Source of the DNA: Eledone cirrhosa
Taxonomy: Eukaryota
Length of the DNA: 64,000 bases
Reading direction: 5' to 3'
NCBI GenBank assembly: GCA_964016885.1
Contig: OZ024743.1
Span: forward strand, 1,798,001-1,862,000
Shown: one piece after another, positions 30,001-41,599 of the stretch
Layout: each line of letters starts with the position of its first letter
Position numbering within the stretch: position 1 is the stretch's first letter
Program-made: the position numbers and the translations under genes
The notes under the pieces: model-generated
Database searches by the model: none
Seen by the model: only the letters and a program-made list of their open reading frames with translations
What the model was told of the DNA's origin: nothing

Positions 30001-33000
30001 AGTGGACACTTAGCTTCATTACGGACACCTAACTTCGTAGGTGGACACTCAGCTTCATTACGGACACCTAACTTCGCTAGTGGACACTTAGCTTCATTGT
30101 GGACATCTAATTTCGGTAGTGGTCACTTAGCTTCATTGTGGACACCTAACTTCGTAGGTGGACACCCAGCTTCATTGTGGACACCTAACTTCGGTAGTGG
30201 ACACTCAGCTTCATTGCGGACACCTAACTTCGGTAGTGGACACTTAGCTTCATTGCGGACACCTAACTTCAGTAGTGGACACTTAGCTTCATTGTGGACA
30301 CCTAACTTCGTAGGTGGACACTCAGCTTCATTGTGGACACCTAACTTCGGTAGTGGACACTCAGCTTCATTGTGGACACCTAACTTCGGTAGTGGACACT
30401 TAGCTTCATTGTGGACACCTAACTTCGGTAGTGGACACTCAGCTTCATTGTGGACACATAACTTCGGTAGTGGACACTTAGCTTCATTGTGGACACCTAA
30501 CTTCGTAGGTGGACACTTAGCTTCATTATGGACACCTAACTTCGGTAGTGGACACTTAGCTTCATTACGGACACCTAACTTTGGTAGTGGACACTTCGCT
30601 TCATTGTGGACACCTAACTTCGTAGGTGGACACTCAGCTTCATTGTGGACACCTCACTTCGGTAGTGGACACTTAGCTTCATTGTTGACACCTAACTTCG
30701 GTAGTGGACACTCAGCTTCATTATGGACACCTAACTTCGGCAGTGGACACTTAGCTTCATTGCGGACACCTAACTTCGTAGGTCCACACTTAGCTTCATT
30801 GTGAACACCTAACTTCGTAGGTGGACACTTAGCTTCATTGTAGACACCTAACTTCGGTAGTGGACACTTAGCTTCATTACGGACACCTAACTTCGGTATT
30901 GGACACTTAGCTTCATTGCGGACACCTAACTTCGGTAGTGGACACTTAGCTTCATTGCGGACACCTAACTTCGGTAGTGGACACTTAGCTTCATTGCGGA
31001 CACCTAACTTCGGTAGTGGACACTTAGCTTCATTGTGGACACCTAACTTCGGTAGTGGACACTTAGCTTCATTACGGACACCTAACTTCGGTAGTGGACA
31101 CTTAGCTTCATTGCGGACACCTAACTTCGGTAGTGGACACTTAGCTTCATTGCGGACACCTAACTTCGGTAGTGGACACTTAGCTTCATTGCGGACACCT
31201 AACTTCAGTAGTGGACACTTAGCTTCATTGTGGACACCTAACTTCGGTAGTGGACACTTAGCTTCATTACGGACACCTAACTTCGGTAGTGGACACTTAG
31301 CTTCATTGCGGACACCTAACTTCGGTAGTGGACACTTAGCTTCATTGTGGACACCTAACTTCGGTAGTGGACACTTAGCTTCATTACGGACACCTAACTT
31401 CGGTAGTGGACACTTAGCTTCATTGCGGACACCTAACTTCGGTAGTGGACACTTAGCTTCATTGCGGACACCTAACTTCGGTAGTGGACACTTAGCTTCA
31501 TTGCGGACACCTAACTTCGGTAGTGGACACTTAGCTTCATTACGGACACCTAACTTCGGTAGTGGACACTTAGCTTCATTACGGACACCTAACTTCAGTA
31601 GTGGACACTTAGCTTCATTGTGGACACCTAACTTCGGTAGTGGACACTTAGCATCATTGCGGACACCTAACTTCGGTAGTGGACACTTAGCTTCATTACG
31701 GACACCTAACTTCGGTAGTGGACACTTAGCTTCATTACGGACACCTAACTTCGGTAGTGGACACTTAGCTTCATTGTGGACACCTAACTTCGGTAGTGGA
31801 CACTTAGCTTCATTGTGGACACCTAACTTCGGTAGTGGACACTTAGCTTCATTGCGGACACCTAACTTCGGTAGTGGACACTTAGTTTCATTGTGGACAC
31901 CTAACTTCGGTAGTGGACACTTAGCTTCATTGCGGACACCTAACTTCGGCAGTGGACACTTAGCTTCATTGCGGACACCAAACTTGGGTAGTGGACACTC
32001 AGCTTCATTGCGGACACCTAACTTCGGTAGTGGACACTTAGCTTCATTACGGACACCTTACTTCGGTAGTGGACACTTAGCTTCATTGTGGACACCTAAC
32101 TTTGTAGTGGACACTTAGCTTCATTGCGGACACCTAACTTCGGTAGTGGACACTTAGCTTCATTGCGGACACCAAACTTCGGTAGTGGACACTCAGCTTC
32201 ATTGCGGACACCTAACTTTGGTAGTGGACACTTAGCTTCATTACGGACACCTAACTTTGGTAGTGGACACTTAGCTTCATTGTGGACACCTAACTTTGTA
32301 TGGACACTTAGCTTCATTGTGGACACCTAACTTCGTAGGTGGACACTTAGCTTCATTGTGGACACCTAACTGCAGTAGTGGACACTTAGCTTCATTGCGG
32401 ACACCTAACTTCGGTAGTGGACACTTAGCTTAATTAGGGACACCTAACTTCGGTAGTGGACACTTAGCTTCATTGCGGACACCTAACTTCGGTAGTGGAC
32501 ACTAAGCTTCATTGAGGACACCTAACTTCGGTAGTGGACACTTAGCTTCATTGTGGACTCCTAACTTCGGTAGTGGACACTTAGCTTCATTGTGGACACC
32601 TAACTTCGGTAGTGGACACTTAGCTTCATTGCGGACACCTAACTTCGGTAGTGGACACTTAGCTTCATTGCGGACACCTAACTTCAGTAGTGGACACTTA
32701 ACTTCATTGCGGACACCTAACTTTGTTAGTGGACACTCAGCTTCATTGTGGACACCTAACTTTGGTAGTGGACACTTAGCTTCATTGTGGACACCTAACT
32801 TTGTAGTGGACACTTAGCTTCATTACGGACACCTAACTTCGTAGGTGGACACTCAGCTTCATTACGGACACCTAACTTCGCTAGTGGACACTTAGCTTCA
32901 TTGTGGACATCTAATTTCGGTAGTGGTCACTTAGCTTCATTGTGGACACCTAACTTCGTAGGTGAACACCCAGCTTCATTGTGGACACCTAACTTCGGTA

Positions 33001-34956
33001 GTGGACACTCAGCTTCATTGTGGACACCTAGCTTCGGTAGTGGACACTTAGCTCCATTACGGACACCTAACTTCGTAGCTGGACACTCAGCTTCATTGTG
33101 GACACCTAACTTCGGTAGTGGACACTTAGCTTCATTGCGGACACCTAACTTCGGTAGTGGACACTTAGCTTCATTGTGGACACCTAACTTCGGTAGTGGA
33201 CACTCAGCTTCATTGTGGACACATAACTTCGGTAGTGGACACTTAGCTTCATTGTGGACACCTAACTTCGTAGGTGGACACTTAGCTTCATTATGGACAC
33301 CTAACTTCGGTAGTGGACACTTAGCTTCATTACGGACACCTAACTTTGGTAGTGGACACTTCGCTTCATTGTGGACACCTAACTTCGTAGGTGGACACTC
33401 AGCTTCATTGTGGACACCTAACTTCGGTAGTGGACACTTAGCTTCATTGTGGACACTTAACTTCGGTAGTGGGCACTCAGCTTCATTATGGACACCTAAC
33501 TTCGGCAGTGGACACTTAGCTTCATTGCGGACACCTAACTTCGTAGGTCCACACTTAGCTTCATTGTGGACACCTAACTTCGTAGGTGGACACTTAGCTT
33601 CATTGTAGACACCTAACTTCGGTAGTGGACACTTAGCTTCATTGTAGACACCTAACTTCGTAGGTCCACACTTAGCTTCATTGTGGACACCTAACTTTGT
33701 AGTGGACACTTAGCTTCATTGCGGACACCTAACTTCGGTAGTGGACACTTAGCTTCATTGCGGACACCAAACTTCGGTAGTGGACACTCAGCTTCATTGC
33801 GGACACCTAACTTTGGTAGTGGACACTTAGCTTCATTACGGACACCTAACTTTGGTAGTGGACACTTAGCTTCATTGTGGACACCTAACTTTGTAGTGGA
33901 CACTTAGCTTCATTGTGGACACCTAACTTCGTAGGTGGACACTTAGCTTCATTGTGGACACCTAACTGCAGTAGTGGACACTTAGCTTCATTGCGGACAC
34001 CTAACTTCGGTAGTGGACACTTAGCTTAATTAGGGACACCTAACTTCGGTAGTGGACACTTAGCTTCATTGCGGACACCTAACTTCGGTAGTGGACACTA
34101 AGCTTCATTGAGGACACCTAACTTCGGTAGTGGACACTTAGCTTCATTGTGGACTCCTAACTTCGGTAGTGGACACTTAGCTTCATTGTGGACACCTAAC
34201 TTCGGTAGTGGACACTTAGCTTCATTGCGGACACCTAACTTTGGTAGTGGACACTTAGCTTCATTGCGGACACCTAACTTCAGTAGTGGACACTTAACTT
34301 CATTGCGGACACCTAACTTTGTTAGTGGACACTCAGCTTCATTGTGGACACCTAACTTCGGTAGTGGACACTTAGCTTCATTGTGGACACCTAACTTTGT
34401 AGTGGACACTTAGCTTCATTACGGACACCTAACTTCGTAGGTGGACACTCAGCTTCATTACGGACACCTAACTTCGCTAGTGGACACTTAGCTTCATTGT
34501 GGACACTTAACTTCGGTAGTGGGCACTCAGCTTCATTATGGACACCTAACTTCGGCAGTGGACACTTAGCTTCATTGCGGACACCTAACTTCGTAGGTCC
34601 ACACTTAGCTTCATTGTGGACACCTAACTTCGTAGGTGGACACTTAGCTTCATTGTAGACACCTAACTTCGGTAGTGGACACTTAGCTTCATTTTAGACA
34701 CCTAACTTCGTAGGTCCACACTTAGCTTCATTGTGGACACCTAACTTCGTTGGTGGACACTTAGCTTCATTGTAGACACCTAACTTCGTAGGTCCACACT
34801 TAGCTTTATTGTGGACACCTAACTTCGTTGGTGGACACTTAGCTTCATTGTGGACACCTAACTTCGTAGGTGGACACTCAGCTTCATTGTGGACACCTAA
34901 CTTCGTAGGTGGACACTCAGCTTCATTGTGGACACCTAACTTCGTAGGTGGACACC
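1..34956. repeat. 39-bp tandem satellite array, about 900 copies; consensus GGACACCTAACTTCGGTAGT-GGACACTTAGCTTCATTG(T/C)
   Basis: The period is read directly. Phase holds from the window start to ~27,810 (GGACATTT markers at 133 and 19711 are 502x39 apart). The array ends abruptly at GGACACC ~34956 and runs off the left edge. Confidence 0.99.
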
Positions 34957-35731
34957 CCCTATCAAAACAACCAGCTATGACTAACAACAAAAATACTAAC
35001 AACAAACAAACGCTAAGTTTAATTAATATCTAATGTTTATGAATTAAACTTCCTTCCTCAGAGAGAAAAGGAAACGCAGTTATTCCATGAATGAATACAT
35101 GAATGACTATTTGAATGAATGAATTTCAGTCTGAAGAGAATTAAGTGCATGTTTCAGTTGATATCATTTTCACTAATAAGCATTAATTATGGGCACGCTA
35201 TGCGACGCTATAATTAACATCAAGTACTAATTAGATAAAATGTTGACGCAATGATATAGTGTTAGACTTTGGAAGGTGATGCTACCAAAATCAATTTAAC
35301 TTTAGAACTGATGTGCAGAAAAGAAGAAAACTCAAACAAAATAAAACGAAACACACATACACACACACGCAACAACAATAACAACCAACCAAACAAAATT
35401 AAAAAAAAAACAAAAAAACATTTAAATAGACAGTTGTTATAGCTGGAAGTAATTTATCAAATAGGGGTGGAAAAACAATTTTCCATATAATGGAATAATC
35501 TATTCCTGATTGACTAAAAATTTAGGGTTATTTGACAACCAACAGATCAATATTTGCAGGCTGTGAATATCTTAAAATTAAGAATGTAATGTTAGTCTTT
35601 TGCTTTAGATTCCTCCATTCTTATTTAAAAGGTTAGTTAGAAAATCCGATAGAATGCTTTTCGTATTTGTTCTGCCGAGGTCTACTCTGCCTTTCATCTT
35701 TTCAAGATCGATAAAAAAAAAGAACTAGTCC

Positions 35732-35835
35732 AGTTGTTGTTGTTGTTGTTGTCGTTGTCGTCATCGTCGTTCTTCTTCTTCTTCTTCTTCTGTTGTTGTT
35801 GTTGTTGTCATCGTTCTTCTTCTTCTTCTTCTTCT
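35732..35835. repeat. compound (GTT)n/(GTC)n/(CTT)n microsatellite
   Basis: Direct reading. Confidence 0.9.
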
Positions 35836-36936
35836 CTGAAATCAACTGTGTTCAGACATGGAGAGTAGATGGACTTCACCAAGTTTTAAAAAATACCCTA
35901 GAAACATCGTTTGTCACTACGGCGCTCCCACGATTCTATCAGGAGCTATGGGTCCATACAACAACAAAAAAAAAACATTCTTATTTAACCTAACTTCTAT
36001 GATTTGTTTACCAAATTCCACAGATATTCCATACCAATTTGAGCGTACATTTACAATCAGTATATAAATTCTATTCATGCCAACTATAACTAATTCTACG
36101 GACACAAGATAGTTGTTTAAATCGGTGTATTGCGTCCATCACTGCCCACTAACTTCCAGAAAACAGCTGAATATTTTACACGTCTACACCTTCGTACTCA
36201 CGTATACACGTACACATAATCGTACTCACATTTGTACACACATACAAACGTACACACATTCGTACTAACTACCCACGTACTTACATATACACGTAAACAC
36301 GTACACACGCACACATGTACACACGTACACATGTACACTGACACACATGTTTATTTTTCTGAACGATAAGCAAGTTTGGTGAAATGCCAAAAATAGCAGT
36401 GAATGTATGAATAGAAATACAAGCTCCTTGAAAGGGGTATAGTTTAGTGTAAATATATATCTGTACACATACAACACATCACAACCTTTTGATCTTAGAG
36501 ATTTAGTTGGTGACACAAAACTTTGCCAAACAAAAGAAAATAATTTGAAAAACAAACTAACAAGTAAGGTAGTTAAACGAAAAACAGGACCAAGAAAGAA
36601 CTTTTGAACTGAATCTTTACAAAATGTTTCATAAACATTAATTGAAAGCCACCGAGAATTAGGTTATACAAATTAAGATGTCCACATTTATATTTCCTCT
36701 AAATGAAAGCAGCATTGATTAATACAGATGAATGTCATCATTTGAAGTAATATCTGGCAAGAATACAATTTGTAGTAATCATAGGAACAATTAGAATGGG
36801 GGCGTTCGGGGAAGAACTTGATAAACAAAGAACGGAAATGTGAGACATAAAAATTGGACAATTATTTTCCGACAATAATAACAATAAAGGGTACGTACAC
36901 CTCTGACAATTAGTAAAAGCTGTGAGGGAGGAATTA

Positions 36937-36937
<1 letters not shown>

Positions 36938-37030
<93 letters not shown>

Positions 37031-37446
37031 GCAACAATAACAGCACTACTCAGTAACAACAACAACAACGACAACAGCACCCCCCCCAGCAACGACAACT
37101 GCACCCTCAACAACAACAACAACGACAACAGCAATCCCAGGAGCAACAACGACGACAACCCCCCCCCCCCCCCCCAGCAACGACAACACCTCCAAGCAAC
37201 ATAATAACAACAACACCACTATCAACAACAGTATCATTAGCAATAACGACAATAGCGAAAACGATGACACCACCACCATCACCATCAACAACAACAACAG
37301 TAGTAACAACAATGACGACATCAGCGCTCTCATCAACAACAACGTCGTCAATAGCAACAACAATTATGACAACAGTAATAGCAACAACAATTACAGCAAT
37401 AGCAGCAACAAAAACAACTCGACTACCAAAATCAACAGGAACAACC
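36938..37446. repeat. (GAC)n(AAC)n microsatellite and degenerate AAC-rich tract
   Basis: Direct reading; source of the poly-L/V/T pseudo-ORFs. Confidence 0.92.
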
Positions 37447-37777
37447 TGATAAGTGGATCTTCGTGGGTGATGTGTTTACCTAACTGTTGCGTATTAGTAA
37501 TCACTTAATCAGAGTTAAGGTTTGAAATTAAGGGCACGATTGAAAGACTGTATATCGCAGACATACTCGAAGAAAGAGAACGAACATTGGAATTGTGGCA
37601 TTAATTTAACACCACAAAACTCACGAAATACTTCAGTTAAGTTGCTAATGCCCTTCGGAAAATAAACTTGAATGTTATAATCACCGCTTTCATCTCCCCT
37701 GCATATGTAACATTTTCACTTGCTTTGCTGAAAAATCATAGTTAAGTTGTAAGGAAATGAATAAATAAGTTTATACA

Positions 37778-38349
37778 CAGGGTGGTCCGAAAGTCTTGTC
37801 ACCCCCTACCAAAAAGTAATGGGAAACAGTTTATGTTCCCATCGCAGTATCGTTCTCTTCGGAGGAGCTGGTTTGCCGAATCTTGCAGTGAAGTCATGTC
37901 ACACATCCTCCATGCTCTTGTCTGAATGCACACGATCATGTGTCCATACACTTGCAAGCAGCCTCTCTTCCAAACTGTAGGAGCTCGTGTCAGCCATCTG
38001 AAATAGAAAATTATATTATTATATTATTAGGGCGGTGGTTTTATCAGTAGAGCGTCAGACACCTTGCTTTGCAGCATAGAGTTATGGCCCTTTGCGTTCT
38101 GAGTTCAAATCCGCCGAGGTTAACTTTGCCTTTCATCCTTACGGGGTCAATAAAATGAAGTACCAGTCACGCACTGGGGTCGATTTAATCGACTTTCCCC
38201 TCCCCCAAAATTGTTGGCCTTGTGCCTATATAAGAAACTATTATTACATATTATAGTTAATGATATTATATATAATATTATTAAAACAAAAAATAATGAA
38301 AGTTAAAACAATATTTGACAAGGGGTGACAAGACCTTCGGACCACCCTG
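37778..38349 (-). mobile_element. internally deleted Tc1/mariner-type DNA transposon (contains a SINE)
   Basis: 28-bp TIRs CAGGGTGGTCCGAAAGTCTTGTCACCCC / GGGGTGACAAGACCTTCGGACCACCCTG, with TA on the right side. The minus strand from ATG 37997 reads MADTSSYSLEERLL...*HDFTARFGKPAPPKRTILRWEHKLF, resembling a mariner N-terminal HTH. Confidence 0.8.
38031..38245 (+). mobile_element. tRNA-derived SINE, family A (Nin/Deu-like central domain)
   Basis: B-box GAGTTCAAATCC, core GCCTTTCATCCTTACGGGGTCAATAAAATGAAGTACCAG, ATT tail; many copies in this window. Confidence 0.85.
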
Positions 38350-38394
38350 TACATTACAACTTCCAGTAATAGTGCTGAAGATTTACATACTAGT

Positions 38395-38710
38395 CTTTTA
38401 TACATAAAGATCCCTCTTTGGTCACGAATGACCATGGGATTTGGACCTAGAAAGTTCCCCAAGACTCGGCAAGGTTGTTTGTGGAAGACCAACAGTCGCC
38501 ATGCATGCCAGTTTCCCTTTTCCACGCCACCGATGTTGTGCAAGAGAAAGACAATGACGGATACAGCTTGGCACCTGTGACGTCGCAACTCATTTCTACA
38601 GCTGAGTAAACTGAAGCAAAGTTAAATAAAGTGTCTTACTCAAGAACAAAACGCATCACCTGATCCGGGAATCGAACTAACGACTGCAAGCTCAACCCTC
38701 TAACCACTAA
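38395..38710 (-). mobile_element. tRNA-derived SINE, family B
   Basis: The reverse complement has TAGTGGTTAG, GTTCGATTCC and TTCTTGAGTAAGACACTTTATTT..CTCAGCTGTAGAAATGAG, matching the copies at 54600 and 56671. Confidence 0.8.
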
Positions 38711-38932
38711 TGAGAAAACTCATCGCTAAAACAGCTGCTAAAACAGCTAAATGCTGTCAATGACAGTGATGGGTAAAAATGCCTCAGAGGACAGAGACAG
38801 TGTCACCACCTTGTGGATTGTTTCTCTGTTGACCACGGGCCGCTGGTCTCTGTCCTCTGAGGCATGTTTGCCCATCGCTGTCTTCGGCAGCATTTAGTTG
38901 TTCTAACGGTGTTAGAGCGATGAGTTTTCTTA
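38711..38932. mobile_element. fold-back/MITE-like element with ~90-bp imperfect inverted arms
   Basis: GAGAAAACTCATCGCT...ATGCCTCAGAGGACAGAGAC pairs with GTCTCTGTCCTCTGAGGCAT...AGCGATGAGTTTTCT. Confidence 0.75.
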
Positions 38933-39640
38933 TTTTTATATGTATTCAAATACATCGCTTCGTCTCGATCAGAGATGGCATTGTTTTTCTTTCATATATA
39001 TATATGTTTTTTCTCGGACATCGCTTCGGTGTGTGTGAAAGTGTGTGTGTACCCACCCACGCTAATTCTACGGGTTTAATACTGTGTTGATGTGTGTATA
39101 TATATGTATATATTTGTGTGCAATGCTCGTTCACTATTCGTTAATTTCTTGAACAGTTTGTTCCGTTATTCGAACATTTAGAACTCTCATCGTCGAAACT
39201 GACGGAGATCCATTCCATATAATTATTTCCTTCGAGGTTTCTTTCAATTTCTTTATCCACGCTACTTACTAGGTATTGGATTTTAATAAGCTTCCTTTTC
39301 TGTTTATGATTTAATATATTGCAATTCTTGCTTCTTATCTATTTTATATATGACTTCCAATATATTTGCAAGTACAAAAGTGCTATTGTGTGACAAGGCA
39401 ACAATGTCAACTAGTGTAAACAAATATATGCCGTATGAACAAACAAAGACTTAACCATTCAAGTTTACAAACTCAGTAGCAAATATTAGAACAACGTCTA
39501 ATTAACACAAGAAGAAAGACTGCTTGCAAATGGTATGTCGTGATAAAGATTGGAGATGAGAGACGAGAAGGAGACAAACGGAGAATAGCTACTTCAAGAG
39601 AACTGCAGACAATTACAGTGAGAAAACGAAAACTGATCAA

Positions 39641-39809
<169 letters not shown>

Positions 39810-40239
39810 TTGAATAGAAAACTAATATGAAAAAATTTAAGAAATTGTATTTGCTTTACACATGTTCCTACAAAATGCGATGAAAAATGGAAATAGTGAA
39901 AACCTGCTCAAGCTCCATTTTTAATATATAGAGATGAGTTTACATATTAGAATCTGAGCATTGATACGAAGTATTTGCCATTAACTCTTACTTTCCATCA
40001 ATCCTGTATCTTCAGAGATTTCATAAAATATAAAAAATATAGGAAAAAATGTAATTTCAAGAACCTCTCCCCCATAAAACGTCAAAATCTCACCACAATG
40101 TCATGCTAATTGGAAACTAGCATATCTCAAATAGCTCTTATAACCAGATGCTAAGTTTAAATGACAACAACATAAGTATATTTAATCAAGTGTGAGATTT
40201 AGAGAAAGAAAGAGATAATGAGAATGCATTGCGTTATAT

Positions 40240-40630
40240 ATATAACGCACAGTTATTTTTGACCTCATCGATGACCCGCAAGAGTAGCTAACTTTCATAG
40301 ACTGCCAGTTAGATACCTTATTATACCTATGCGGAGGTGGGAAGTGCTTATCCATTATCTGTAAGAATGTTCTACCTACGTTAGTCTCCACTGTTAGAGA
40401 GTAGAGTTGGGGGAACCAGATGATCTTTCCATTCCTATTCTTACTTTTATTTTAGTTGCTAGTCTTTGGTATCTATGTAATCATATCCTTGAAACTACTT
40501 TATTATAATATGGAGCAACCATATGGTATATTTCTTTAGAGGAAGATAAATTTGAGATCCTACGACTAATATTATGGACAATGTTTTTAAATACTACTGC
40601 TGGTTGACAGGACTCCTCCACGGGGAATAA
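40240..40630 (-). pseudogene. degenerate Penelope-like element fragment (RT thumb/linker)
   Basis: The minus strand gives NIVHNISRRISNLSSSKEIY..APYYN and IIWFP..VETNVGRTFLQIMDKHFP..MKVSYS. These parallel SIAGSISLRISCLSS..NYYN and WFNP..VKT..FFKLIDKHFP..IKLSYS in ORF 41777. Confidence 0.85.
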
Positions 40631-40714
40631 TGTGATAGCTAGATCTGGAGTGCATTACCGAAGACGAAAATCAAATCAAACAAGGAGGAATATGTTGAGA
40701 CTGATGGCTTAAAG

Positions 40715-41287
40715 GAATGCTGGTGGAACCTAAAAATAAAAACCGCCACCAAATTAAAACACAACCAACCTGATATTGTTGTTTGGGACTAGACATTAAA
40801 AACATGCTCTGTTGTAGAAGTCAGCTGCCCACTTGATGTCAATGTGGTAAGAAAGATGCAAGAGAAGGAGGATATCTACAGACCATTGGTGAGGAGTTTG
40901 CAGATATTGCACCCCAGATACACGTACATATTTTTTTATTTTTTTTATTTTTTTTTTTATGTGGATTGGCAGTATCGGTAGAGGGTCGGACGCCATGCTT
41001 TCCAACATAGTTACGTCCCTTTACGATCTGAGTTCAAATCCCGCCGAGGTTGATTTTGCCTTTCATCCTTACGGGGTCGATAAAATAAAGTACCAGTAAT
41101 GAACTGGGTAATTGCTGGTCTTGTGCCTAAAGTAGAAACAATTATTGGAGCTACATGATATATGCCAACCCACCTGGACCAAAGTATGACTGAACTTGGA
41201 TTTATGGAGAAAGAACGTCGCTATAAATGGCCGCGATATTTGCAACATTCAAAATCTATAAAACATTCTTACGATTCAAAGGATGAA
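40715..41287 (+). pseudogene. restriction-like endonuclease (RLE) C-terminus of a non-LTR retrotransposon (R4/NeSL-like), interrupted by a SINE
   Basis: With frameshift and stops it reads CWWN..IKTATKLKHNQPDIVVWD*TLKTCSVVEVSCPLDVNVVRKMQEKEDIYRPL, then after the SINE IIGAT*YMPTHL..ELGF. This fits the PD..E..K..Y RLE pattern. Confidence 0.75.
40961..41146 (+). mobile_element. SINE family A
   Basis: GAGTTCAAATCC B-box and GCCTTTCATCCTTACGGGGTCGATAAAATAAAGTACCAG core. Confidence 0.87.
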
Positions 41288-41388
41288 CACTTATACAAGG
41301 AACGACAAAAAATGTTCTTTTCTTTACAACCTTGCCACCTGGAAGGTGGCCTATCGAAAATAAACTCAAATTTAAGAGAAAGAGAACA

Positions 41389-41441
<53 letters not shown>

Positions 41442-41491
41442 AGAAAGATGAGCGACACGGTTTGCTATATAATAAGGGCTTTAATCACATT

Positions 41492-41597
41492 GCTGACAAT
41501 TGTTTCTCTGAACTGGTAGGTCTAGAGATCGCTACCCGCCTGTTTCTGCGTCAATCGATCACCAATACATAGTTATAACCAGTCAATTCATCAGAGC
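41492..41597 (-). ncRNA. type I hammerhead ribozyme (inverted pLTR copy)
   Basis: Exact reverse complement of 44040-44145. Confidence 0.8.
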
Positions 41598-41599
41598 TC

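Noticed and set aside
109-34413. Giant repeat-protein CDSs from the ORF track
   Set aside because: They arise from a 39-bp unit with no stop in one frame. Starts are mostly TTG, stops and frameshifts are tolerated and amplified, and there is no synonymous bias.
1-34956. CRISPR array
   Set aside because: No unique spacers (both alternating segments are constant), no cas genes, eukaryotic context.
36738-37449. Poly-L/V/T membrane or mucin-like ORFs
   Set aside because: Translations of (AAC)n/(GAC)n microsatellite.
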